A DNA stretch of 63,657 nucleotides, the filler included, from Reticulomyxa filosa (lineage: Eukaryota; Protista; Foraminifera): assembly GCA_000512085.1 (NCBI GenBank). It is 22 parts of 22 records of this genome, joined end to end, with 100 filler letters (N's around TTAATTAATTAA, not from the genome) between each part and the next. Parts side by side here need not be neighbours in the genome. Positions count along the whole stretch, not along the records: positions 25,348 to 28,060 come from ASPP01021318.1; positions 28,161 to 29,253 come from ASPP01018185.1; positions 29,354 to 31,913 come from ASPP01028362.1; positions 32,014 to 34,735 come from ASPP01002073.1; positions 34,836 to 36,261 come from ASPP01008941.1; positions 36,362 to 46,244 come from ASPP01009106.1; 16 more parts are not named here. The stretch is one strand, 5' to 3'. Of this stretch, positions 26,375-38,128 are shown one piece after another (within the stretch, counting starts at the first letter, position 1; each line of letters opens with the position of its first letter). The translations under genes were made by a program, and so were the position numbers. The notes beneath the pieces are model-generated. The model worked only from the letters and a program-made list of their open reading frames with translations. It was not told the DNA's origin and did no database searches.

Positions 26375-28030
26375 TTACAAGTTGAGCTTCGCAATTTTGG
26401 CAATGGCCTCCAATTCATAGTCTTTAAACATTTTGTTGTCAGCTTTCTTGAATTTTTCAATTTCTTCGGGTGTTTTTTGGGACAAATCCAAAAATTTTTG
26501 AGGTCTTTCGAAAGCCTTTTCTTGAGGTTGTTGTGTGATGGTGGTCAAATTTTGTTGCAAGCTGAAGATATTCCTCCACAATTGTTTTGCACCCAATTTG
26601 TTGATTCGTTTGTGTTGAACGTTCATAATCAATTGAATGAGTATGTTGCAAATGAAATAAGACAGCTCCAAAAACAAAAATTTGACCAAGTATTCAGGCA
26701 AGCATTCATTTAATTCAAATTCAGCTTTGACAAGGAGTTTGTTCAAGTCAATGATAAACTCTTGTGGTTTGTTGGAGGATTCATGCAACACATAGCTTTG
26801 ATTTCCAATATTGCTCAAATAGCAAACACATTGAGCACGCAATTCCACTCGAATGACAGCCAAATAGTGTTCGCACAAAGGTTCAATTTCCTCCGTCAAA
26901 TAGCGTTCAATGGGCTCACACACATTTTCTCTGGATATCAAACTGCTTCTGCTGCTGCGAGCATTGCCACTGTCGCTGTAGTTATTGTAGGCTTGCGTTT
27001 TGTATGGAATAATCTGTTCTCGACGCAATTTTTGCGAGATCCAATACAAGCCAGTGCATAGCAAAGACAGTTGTGAATACACATTCATATCGAATATAGC
27101 AAACCCACCATCGGCCTTGTTTTTCCATTGCTTTTGATATTCACCAATCAGCTCTTGGAAAATTTTGTATTCGATTGCGGAATCGCGATTGTTGCTTCGA
27201 ACCACCGCCATTTTCTCTTTGAAAATCGCCTCATGTGAGCTGGTGTACAGCAATTTGCGCAAGCCATAATTGGACAGATTGCGGATATACTCTCGGTTGT
27301 CTTTGAGCACTTCTGGCGCCAGCTCTTTGTTCGGATGGACCAACGACACGGACAACAGTCGAGGTCTGACTTCAAACTTGAAAGCCCATTGATACGTCTT
27401 ACGGCATTGCGTGAGGATTTGCGTAGTGATTTTCACAAACGCATTGGGATCGAACATTGGCAATTGTCGAAAGTTTGTAAACACTTTTTCCGCCAATTTG
27501 TATACACGGCTTGCAGATTTTGGCAATACCACCAACTCATTCTGCAAGGTCTGAGTGAGAGAGAGAGAGCAAACATCATATATTCACACACACACACACA
27601 TATATACATATACATATACATATATATATATAAAGATGAAACTGTATGATCCAATTGATTATCATCCAATAAAATCATTCCCAATTCACCACTGACATGG
27701 GCTTGCATTTCTTGAATGAAATTGGTTCTGACAAGGTTATTAAGATAAGCTCTCAAATCTTTATCTGGGTCCCTTTCTTTTTCTTTTTCATTGTACACTT
27801 CCTTTTCTTTTTCTTTGTCTTTATCTTTGTCCTTGTCCTTACCGTCTTTGCTCTCCTTTTCTTTGTCCTTGTCTTTCTTATCGTCCTTGTCCGGACTCAC
27901 AATGCCCAATATCACTTCTGATTTCTCTACAAATTTGATTACCGTTCGGAACAACGCCGTCACGTGGAAGGGGGACATTTGAACCAAATCCCACTCTGCT
28001 TCTCCTTTTCCGCGATAAAAATGTGTTGCT
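26375..28030 (-). CDS. SEC8: Exocyst subunit Sec8/EXOC4, C-terminal half (5'-truncated)
   Basis: SPFHVTALFRTVIKFVE; LYWISQKL; IRVELRAQCVCYL; RINKLGAKQLWRNIFSLQQNLTTIT match the Sec8 C-terminus. In-frame intron 27551-27642. Confidence 0.85.
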
Positions 28031-28331
28031 GTTTTTTTTTTTTTTTTTTTTTAAAAAAAANNNNNNNNNNNNNNNNNNNNNNNNNNNNNNNNNNNNNNNN
28101 NNNNTTAATTAATTAANNNNNNNNNNNNNNNNNNNNNNNNNNNNNNNNNNNNNNNNNNNNTCCGCCGGCAAGGCCTAGGTTGCCAGCTGCTTGTACCTGC
28201 CGGCCATGCCGTCGGTGCAAGGCTCACACCGGCGCCTCTACAAGGGCTGGCAGCAGGCCGGCCGGGCGCTTGCCGCGGCTTTGCCACCCGGCTATCACGC
28301 TAACCTCTGGGTGCGCTAGCCGCCAGGCATG

Positions 28332-28361
28332 AAAAAACCGGCGCACGGGGCGCCGGCTTTT
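28332..28361 (-). terminator. Intrinsic terminator after secA
   Basis: Minus strand: CCGGCGC-loop-GCGCCGG followed by T6, 18 nt after the secA stop. Confidence 0.8.
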
Positions 28362-28378
28362 GCAGGGCAGGGTGGCGA

Positions 28379-29253
28379 TCAGGCCAGCTTGCCGTGGCAC
28401 TGCTTGTAACGTTGGCCGCTACCGCACGGGCAGGGGTCGTTGCGGCCAACACGCAGGCCTTGCGAGGCCAGGGCTTCCGGCGAGAACGGGTTGCCCTCAG
28501 TCGCGCTCGGTGCTGCGTCGTGGTGCATTTCCATGCCGGCCACTTCGTGCGGGGCCACCGCTTCCACGTCTTCCTCGCTGCGTACCTGTACGGTCATCAG
28601 CACGCTGACCACGCCGCGTTTTACACGGTCCAGCATGTCGGAGAACAGCTCGAAGGCTTCGCGCTTGTACTCCTGCTTCGGGTTTTTCTGGGCGTAGCCA
28701 CGCAGGTGGATGCCCTGGCGCAGGTGGTCCATCGCCGCCAGGTGTTCGCGCCAGTGGTTGTCCAGCATCTGCAGAACCAAGCCGTGCTCGAACTGGCGCA
28801 TGGCTTCTTCGCCTGCCAGGTCGACTTTGGTCTGGTAGCTGGCCGCAGCCATGTCCAGGATGCGTTGCTTGATGTCGGGGATGTCCAGTGTCTGTTCGGC
28901 CTTGATCCACTCGGCCACCGGTGCCTGCAGCTGGAATTCGGCTTCCAGCGTGCGTTCCAGGCCGGCCAGGTCCCACTGCTCTTCCATCGAGTCCGGCGGC
29001 ATGTGCAGGTCGACCACGTCGCCCAGCACGCCTTCGCGCATGTGGGTGATGATGGCGGCTACATCCTGGTCTTCCAGGATTTCGTTACGCTGCTGGTAAA
29101 TCACCTTGCGCTGGTCGTTGGCCACATCGTCGTATTCCAGCAGCTGTTTGCGGATGTCGAAGTTGCGGCCTTCCACCTTGCGCTGCGCGTTTTCGATGGA
29201 GCGCGATACCCACGGGTGCTCGATGGCTTCGCCGTCCGGCATCTTCAGCTTGT
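28379..29253 (-). CDS. secA: Preprotein translocase SecA, C-terminal part (bacterial, probably betaproteobacterial)
   Basis: [31 protein letters not shown]; [34 protein letters not shown]; [25 protein letters not shown]-rich, no introns. Confidence 0.98.
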
Positions 29254-30956
29254 NNNNNNNNNNNNNNNNNNNNNNNNNNNNNNNNNNNNNNNNNNNNTTA
29301 ATTAATTAANNNNNNNNNNNNNNNNNNNNNNNNNNNNNNNNNNNNNNNNNNNNATATATATATATATATATATATTTTCTTTGGATTGTCCATCTTTTTC
29401 ATTATTTGGTGGGACAGAACGACAAGGAAACTTGGCTAATTTTAGAAAAAGAATATTCACAAATTAATGGAGAAGGATTTGTTCGTCTGCGACAAAGATC
29501 ATCAGATTGTTGCTGTCAATCTTTCGAACACAATCCCTTGGCAGTGGCCACAACTTTCTTTTTTCTTCATCCAGCAGTGACAGAGGCTCCACTTTTTTGC
29601 TATTATTTTTACCGAATTTAGAGCCATCTTCGAGTGGCAACGAAATATTCTTGTGAAATTTATGCCATTGTCTAAGTGTCATTTATGTGTTATATGATAT
29701 TGTAAGTAACTGAATCCAAATCATCAATTCATCTACAATTCCTACAAAACATAATCCCGGCTTTGGAAAATGACGTATTGTTACATTTTTACATTATCGA
29801 ACACATATTGTTCTTTCTTTACTTCCATTGCGAGCACTAATCAGCACAACATTCAATCAAGAATCAGCCATTTCATTGGTCAGAATGACTGAACAGTTAC
29901 TTAAACAAAACCAATGACGAAATCATGACGCAAACTTTTTTTATTCCACATTTCAACATGAAGTCATGCCTGAAGTCATTCATCCATTGAGTGAATGGAT
30001 TATGCGTAAACCTGCAAGTGCTTATTTTACTCCGACAATGATGAATAAAACAGTATGTGTATTCAATGTCAATCAAAATAATATTCTAAACATTTTTTTA
30101 ATTAGAATAGAGCCTCTATCATAATTTTTTTTTATGGCGATAAGTGTTTAATTTCTTTTTTGCTTAGTTTTTTTGATTTATTTGCAGAAATATATTGCTA
30201 AATATTTTATGATACTTTAACACTTCGAAAATAATGACTCATATTATTCATTTGATTAAAACTCACACAATTCATGGCAATATACATTTAGAAGCAAAAA
30301 TTATTTTCACAGCTAAACTTATAACATTTGATATTCAATTTGTTTTTTTATTTTGAATCGTAAACTAAAACGTGAAGTTATGTTTGATATGGCCTATTGT
30401 ATGTGATTTTCTACAAATTTTTTGTGATCTTTTCATTTTGCTTTTTGTTTTCTTTTTAGATTATTTTGTTCCTTTTGGACGATTTGCTCTTTTAGCTGAT
30501 AAAATTTTCACACTGCTAAGATTATTTCCTGATCGAATGCACAAATTCGAATCGCTAATAGATACATTACTGTCAGTAATCAATGTATTTGCTCATAGTC
30601 TTAAAAATTAGAAGTTTTGTTTTCAAATCTGTATTGCAGAACTTTTTGGCAACAAAGATGCAGATTAAAAAACTTATATATATTTTTTTCTTGACAATAT
30701 ATCTAATTCCCTTTTAAAATCTTACTACTATTGATTCTTTTTTATTGTGATTGTTGTAAACTTTTTTGAATGGTGCTATCATTTATTTTAGTACGTGTAC
30801 TTTAACTTGTTTTGTTGCGCTTAGGGTGCGATCATTGGCACAAAAAACAGTGTATTGAAAGACGAAGCAGGGGGTAGTCCGACGCACAAAAGCTTAAAAA
30901 AAAAATCCAAAAAATATTATTCTAATAAATATAACAATGCCTCTTGGATTAGATCA

Positions 30957-31796
30957 ATGTTCGTGTTTAACGAATACATTATGTTTTTGTCGGTAATAGC
31001 TATTTTAGTATTTTTGATTGGAAAGTCAAGTTTTTGTAGTGGTTCAGACGATTCGTTTTGCGAAGCATTTGCAGGTGGGCTAGGAATATTGTTCCTGTTG
31101 CTGCTATTGATAGGGCTATGTGTATTTCCATATTGTATTGATCACATGATATCAGTATTAGTATTGTTGGCAAGAGGAGAGAAGAGAACAAATTTGGACT
31201 CGACAAGATATGACCGTCATGTCGAAGTGGAGCTCAAAAAAAAAGTGGGGAAAAGGAGAAAGTGCCAATTATATATAGTGATAGTTACAATATATCGGCA
31301 TGGGGAGTCGAAAACCTACACCCTTTTGACAGTTGCAAATACCGTCGAATTTGTGAACATATATGCGATTCAGAGAAGGTATTTGAGCGAAAGCAATTTA
31401 TTAAACCACTTTGTGTTTCTCGTCAAGATTTACTTACCGTGCACACCAAGTCGTATTTGTCCTTGCTCACAAGTTCATGGAAAATCATGTACATCGTCGA
31501 GCTCCCTGGCTTGTGTCTTTTGCCCTCCCCTGTCTTGTATTGGAGGTTACTCTTACCCATGCTTTATCAGACTGGGGGGTCTATTCTAGGTTTGTATGCG
31601 TATGTACTGTGTATATACAATTGTATACGTATATACATATATATATATATATGTATATATGTATATATATACATTTTTATATTTATGCACACGCACAACA
31701 AAAACAGGAGCCCAATTGGCGCTGCGCTATGGTTGGTGCATTAATCTCGGTGGCGGGTTTCATCATGCTAGTTCGGCCCGAGGAGGGGGCTTTTGT
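30957..31796 (+). CDS. HDAC11: Class IV histone deacetylase (HDAC11-like) with hydrophobic N-terminal extension, 3'-truncated
   Basis: PIIYSDSYNISAWGVENLHPFDSCKY..DLLTVHTKSYL..LLPMLYQTGGSIL, intron 31590-31707, then GAQLALRYGWCINLGGGFHHAS..GGGFC. Joining to the upstream TM-coding frame needs one extra base in A9 at 31236-31244. Confidence 0.85.
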
Positions 31797-31874
31797 GTTA
31801 CGTCTTTGTATAGCTATTTCTCAAAAAGAGGAGCGCATTAATCAAAACTGTCTTTTCATTTGTTAATTCAATAC

Positions 31875-31913
<39 letters not shown>

Positions 31914-32057
31914 NNNNNNNNNNNNNNNNNNNNNNNNNNNNNNNNNNNNNNNNNNNNTTAATTAATTAANNNNNNNNNNNNNNNNNNNNNNNNNNNNNNN
32001 NNNNNNNNNNNNNAATAACGACGATCCGAATGGACGATGGCGATGAGCTGAAGGACG

Positions 32058-32152
32058 ACGAGCAGTAGGAACGAGCAGTAAGAACGAGCCGCATGAACGA
32101 ACCGTATGAACGAGCGGCAGGAACGAGTCGCATGAACGAGCCTCATAAACGA
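32058..32152. repeat. Degenerate 13-bp tandem repeat, about 7 copies
   Basis: acgagcagtagga acgagcagtaaga acgagccgcatga acgaaccgtatga acgagcggcagga acgagtcgcatga acgagcctcataa acga. Confidence 0.85.
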
Positions 32153-33896
32153 TAATCAATAACATCCACACAAACGAGCAGCAAGAATAGCAACACCAAA
32201 GAGTATCATGGAGCAAATCTATGTTAAAATAATCACATAAAAACAAATAATTATCCATTTTTATTTCAATGCATTTTTTTTTTTTAATACAGTCGCTTTT
32301 TTTTTTTTTTTGATCAAACAATAATACATCGTCGGCCGAATATAGATAAATAACGCAATTCCAAAAAAATGGCATTCAGGACTTTGCAAAATTCAGGACA
32401 CCATAACTATTCATTTATTTTATATCAGGTTTTTGCAGTAAAAACAGTACTCCTTCTTTTTTCAACACACACATTTTCTCTTTTTTACCTTAAATGAATT
32501 TGTTGATAGTATGACAAATACAATAAAAGGAAGAAAAAGTTAATAATTAGATAGAACAACTAACAAAGTTTGCAATTAAAAAAAATTCACTTCTAAGTTT
32601 CCTTTTTTTTTGTTTGACTTAACACTCTAATTTTTCCAAATTATGTAATTCATATTTTAAAAAAAAAATGCAACATTGTTTTGATTTTGTTTTAGGGCTC
32701 AAGCAAACGTTTGAGAACTCCATTTTTGAGTTAAGAATTAAAAATACGGGTATATATTTATGATAGGAGAACTTTTCAAAAAATGAAATGTCGCTTTAAA
32801 GATATAATTTTTACTGCAGTGAACAAACTGAAGTATAATGAATTGATAGAAGTAATTATCAACGAATTTAAAGAGAAAGATTTAAATCTAGTAGCAAACA
32901 AAATGGATCACAGTTTGTCGTTATTATCAGTAAATGTCAGCAAATCAATAAACAGACTCAGTTTTTGGAACATCTTCAAATGTCCAGGATTGATATTGTT
33001 AAGAAAGAAATCATGTATGTTGTTCTCCTTTTTTCGTAACAATTTTACATTACACATCCATTTCAAATGATTCACATCCAAAAAATTGACGTTTTCTAAA
33101 ATCATCGTGCACTCTTTGCTATGCTCAATCTCATGTCCTCTAGTTGGGAGAAAATTTGTTCTATTTTCCTTTTTCCAATATGAATTTGTAATAATAAGTC
33201 CATCTCTTGTCGGCTTGTATACTTCTTGACGCGACCAAAGCTATAAGAGTACAAGAGCTGCTGTTGTCTGCAGGCAAAAAAAACAACCTCTACCCCTAAA
33301 CAGCGCTTATCGTAAAAAGTTTCCTTCTATCAATTAAACTGATACAATCCAAAACAAAGCACTTGATGATTGTTCAAAAATTTGATATCATAACCATTTT
33401 TTTTACATTTTACAATCTTTTTGTTTTAATTAATCAAATCAGATAATCAGATACAACAACAACTCGTCAATTACAACATTTACATTATTCAAAAGGTGCA
33501 GATAAGAACCTAAATTCTCATACCAAACAAGATATCCATGCTGCTGAATCATGTTTTGCTCCAAGCGATTACTTGAAAGAGCAAAAATCGATACATTAAG
33601 AAAAATGCAAAACCACATTTGATCAAATAATTATTTCATCAGAAAAAAACAACTGGAAACGAACTGTTTGATCGATTTTATTTTGCGACCATAGTCTCTT
33701 AACAATTACATGAACAGCCATTGTCAATCTACATGTCAAACAAGCAAAAAAAAAGTTTATTTTAAATCAATCATTTTTATCATTTGATAATAAAAAACAT
33801 TGAAGAAATAGTACTAGTAACTTCTTTGAAAAGCAGAAAAAGTGGCCAATGACGTTGATTTTTTTTAAAAAAAAAAAATCTCTAATATAAATTCTA

Positions 33897-34735
33897 ATGT
33901 ATCCAACGGAGCAAGATTGGAAAAAATCGACACTTACAGACTTGGTGACTGCAGACAGCACAAAAGAAGCAGAAGATACGGTTGACTGGGACACAGCAAG
34001 TAATGAGCTATTTGCGCAGTTCCTAGCGAACAAGGATGGTATAATAATAGCAGAGGCGATGAAGGGGCAATTGAAGTCATTGGAGACATTAGAAAACACA
34101 GTGAAGAAGATTGACGAGAGTATCCGTGCGCAAGTGGTAGGCCAAAACAAAGAGCTGTTGTCTCAAAGTCATGAAGTGAGTCATTTGAAAGAGAGTTTGA
34201 AAGGAGTACGCGAACGAGTATCAGCTTTGCAAGGACATATAACCCGAGTGAGGGCCGGCTTTTGTCAGCCGTTATATGATATCCGTTCGAAGTGCACGCA
34301 GTTGACAACAATGGAAGAGACAAGCACGTACTTGCGAGCGTTGTTGCGCTTAATGAAACTGCAAGCGCAAATGAAGGCGCACATGCGTGAGGATAAAGAT
34401 ATGAAACGTGCAGCACTATGTGTGGCCGAAATGCAACTGATCATCGACTCCAGCTCGTTGCCGTTGCTATCGCAGATCGAAATTGTGCAAGACATATCCA
34501 CATACGCAAAATCGGCATGTCAATCGATCCGTGACTTGGCGAAGCACCGATTGATAACCGCGTTGAAGACTCTTAACCAAGCGGAAATGGCAACCAATTT
34601 GCAAATCATGTGCAATTTGGGACGATCGGAAATGAACCAGATTCTTGTGGATATGACGAATAGTCTGCATATGCAATGTGTACGTTTTTTGAATGGAGCA
34701 TTGAATGATGATGGACTCGATCGAGAAGGTCGAGA
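33897..34735 (+). CDS. COG5: Conserved oligomeric Golgi complex subunit 5, N-terminal part
   Basis: IDESIRAQVVGQNKELLSQS, coiled coil, LRALLRLMKL, DMKRAALCVAEM, LSQIEIV and LKTLNQAEMATNLQIMCNLG follow the COG5 N-terminal pattern. Confidence 0.8.
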
Positions 34736-34835
34736 NNNNNNNNNNNNNNNNNNNNNNNNNNNNNNNNNNNNNNNNNNNNTTAATTAATTAANNNNNNNNN
34801 NNNNNNNNNNNNNNNNNNNNNNNNNNNNNNNNNNN

Positions 34836-36216
34836 GAATAGATCAAAAGTGCGCTGGGCTTTGTCACGATAAGTTGTGACTATTCTTCCACGGTTCGACA
34901 TACCTTGATCAACGAACCCGGGTTTACCAAAGGAATTGTCGATATTTTGGGCGAATACGAAACCGTATTTGCCAAGTTTCCACAACTTTTGTCTCGAGTT
35001 TTGTTTTGTTTATTTATTCATTTATTTGTTTGTTTGTTTGTTTTGTGTATACGTATGTGCATTATCATTACTTCTTTTTTTTTTTTTTTTTTTTTTAGTT
35101 GTTTGGAAATATGCTGGATCTTGCGTTCGGATTCGGCGCCGACGTCACTGCAGACAGAAATGGCCGAGAAATTTGTGCTCAAGAATCTTTTCGACTGTCT
35201 GGGATCCACACTTCCCGATGCCCGCGCTCTGGTGCTTGGAGACGTCGTCTCTCCTCATCAACTGCTGACTCCGAGATCTGCGTCGCGACGACGTGCCTTG
35301 AAGCGTGTCACCAAACGAGCAAATGCAAAGGGCTACGAAAAATAACAGAAGAGAAGAAGAAGGAAGAGGAGGAAGAAGAGGAAGAGGAGAAGGAAGAAGA
35401 AGAAGAAGAAGAACAAGAGGAAGACGATGAGAACAATGAAAGTGATGAGGATGAAGATGAAGATGAAGATAAAGACGAGGAGATTGGTAACAATAGAGGC
35501 ATAGATGATAGAGATGACGCCACAAGAAACGAGCCAAAGGAAAGCAAGGCGTCTTGGACGAGGACGTGTTGGCAATACGACTGTTGGGGTCAGGCTTTTC
35601 AATTGATTACTGAGGAACTGTGGCAGAGTTGGCGTCCCGCGGAAAAGACAAACAATGCCGATGACAAGAATGATGATGATGATGATGATGATGCGAGTGA
35701 TACCGACGATCTCAATGCTGACAATGACATACAACACTTGCTAATCGAGAACGGACACAAAGATGAACTCTTTACGCGATGGTTGGAATTCATGACCGAC
35801 AGCCCGCTTTTGAATACGTATTTAATTCGAAATCGGAACAGTCTGGTCCCCCCCTTTTTTTTTTTCAAAAAAAAAAAGTTCAAATTGTTTGAAAATACTT
35901 GTATTGCATTGGGCGGGGGGGATGATAAGAACAGTTGGCAGAGTTACAACTGGAATTCCACGAATCTGGCACTCGAGGAGTTGTGGATGGAGGCAGGGGT
36001 GGCGTGTATGGGACGGACTTTTGCGACTACTTCCAATCGCTGCGTGTACATCTGTCCCACTTGAAAAGCTCCATTGCGTCGAAACGCTCCACTCTTGTCC
36101 GCAAAGCTCAACTCATTCCATTCAAACGACTTTTCGAACCAAACGAACTAAACCCACCCACGTTCAATGATGCCTACTTCCGAAATTTCGCTCAAACCAT
36201 TATCCAATTTAATCTG
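34836..36216 (+). CDS. Internal fragment of a large hypothetical protein with acidic tracts
   Basis: Coding-like exons, an intron near 34999-35098, E/D-rich runs, and an apparent frameshift at the A-run near 35338-35342. Family not recognised. Confidence 0.55.
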
Positions 36217-36361
36217 TAAAAAAAAAAAAAAAAAAAAAAAAAAAGGGGGGTTTTTTTTTTTNNNNNNNNNNNNNNNNNNNNNNNNNNNNNNNNNNNNNNN
36301 NNNNNTTAATTAATTAANNNNNNNNNNNNNNNNNNNNNNNNNNNNNNNNNNNNNNNNNNNN

Positions 36362-37829
36362 CGTTTTGATCTTTTGTGGCTCGATGGAACTTTGGCACTG
36401 CGCGTGATGTGTCCAAACGGCCGCCACGAATACTTCGATTGATGTCAGACACCTTCTTATCGCTGATGTGTGGCGTCACATCCGTTTCACTGCCGCTTTG
36501 TCCTATCGGCTCCTCTTTTTCATTTCCTTGGTCATTCTCGTTCTCCTGTTCGACTTCGTTCTCGTTCTCGTTCTCGTTCTTATTCTCATTCGCCTCTTCG
36601 TCGTCCGTCAATGTTATCGAGGATATCCCAATGGTCTGCGTACGTTGTCGCACTGTGGCACTGACAAAATGAAATAATTTTCCAACCAATAGCCAAGCCT
36701 GCAAAGATTACAGAAATAAATACGCACTAATAAAGTGAGCGTACAATACTAATGAATACATATTTTTTTTTTTATAACAATATAATATACATATACATAT
36801 ATGTACACATACGTGTGTACATATATTGGTACATATATACATACAATAATATACATATAACATATATTATGTGTATATATGTATGTACGTATAAATAAAA
36901 AACACGAAAACGGTAATTGTTGCAAAAATAATGTCCATCACTCCAAGAAGGCCCACGAGTATTCGTAATTCGATTGTCTTGGAAATAACGATACTACAAT
37001 AATGAGTGTGCCAGTCCGTTTCTTTTGCTTCGATTTTTGTACTTAATGTCAATATTGTAAAGATTATCAAAACAATGCACACTGTCAACGTAAATACGAT
37101 CAGGCCTGCTATCAGTGGCAACTTATACGAATATAATGTGTCGTAAAATGTTTCATAGCTCCTTTTTCCCCCCCCCCAAAACCCCAAAAAAATTATATAT
37201 ATATTACAACACATCTATTTATATATGTACTCATTTGTTTGTTTGTTTTCAATTATACTGTTTTAATTATTGACCGCTTGTCCATTTGTTTCGTTGCAAA
37301 TGGATATAGATACGTCCACAGACGAAAGAGAGTGAAACGTGCATGGAGAGCGTCATAAGTTAAAACAAACAAAAAAAACATGCCTGATAATAAAATAAAT
37401 GTATAAAATACATTTGCACAAAATATATCCATTTTGGGCGATCCCCAATATAATTTGACAATATTGTCTACTGTTTGATATTTGTGCAATGAAATTCATG
37501 TCTGTTAAATACCAACTTATTGCAGTGATCAGTGACACAAATACGTACATTGTCACCAAGTAACGAGAAATACGACGCACTAGACGAGTATGACTGTCCT
37601 CTGGCTTCGCATTTCTGGATCTCCGAGTGCTCGAATCATTGGCACTGTCCGTCGATTTTCGTTTTTTTACTGGTAGATTTGCCCACCAAAAATTTGACAG
37701 TATGTGGCACACTGGCACTGATATTAGAATAATCGCCACTGTTGACAAGATAAACCAAAAAATACTCCATCCAAAACTATCAATGGCTAACTGTCCAGTT
37801 TCTGGAGCATTGGAATTGTTTCCATTCAT
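36362..37829 (-). CDS. Multi-pass (probably 7TM-like) membrane protein, 3'-truncated
   Basis: At least five hydrophobic helices over several exons, a Cys at the start of TM3 (QYCQIILG) and in the following loop (HYCS), a YIYFIIR motif and an acidic cytoplasmic loop. Confidence 0.6.
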
Positions 37830-38128
37830 TTTTTTCTCCTGGCGTTCAGCAAAAAAACTTTGTAAAGGGCACTGTTTAAAAAATTGTTTTTCCTACTATT
37901 TCTTGATGCCCATTACAAGCACTTATACTAACAGAATGTATTGTGGAACAAAAGTTCCATGAGAAACCATGATAATACTACATTTGTTGCTGTTTTTTCC
38001 AGTTTTTTCATCTTTTGAAAATATTCGTCACAATGATGCAGAAACATCCACTATACAAATAACCGAGCAAAATAAAATAAAAAAAAAATGAACAACCAAA
38101 AAGGTAGAACACGATCAAAAAATTTGCA

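Noticed and set aside
11476-29253. Horizontal transfer of bacterial genes into the protist genome
   Set aside because: Both bacterial pieces are entire contigs bounded by linkers, with bacterial GC and signals and no host flank.
35330-35345. Euplotes-style programmed frameshift at AAA-TAA
   Set aside because: Only this site has AAA-TAR. The other shifts lack it and all sit in homopolymers, so sequencing error is simpler.
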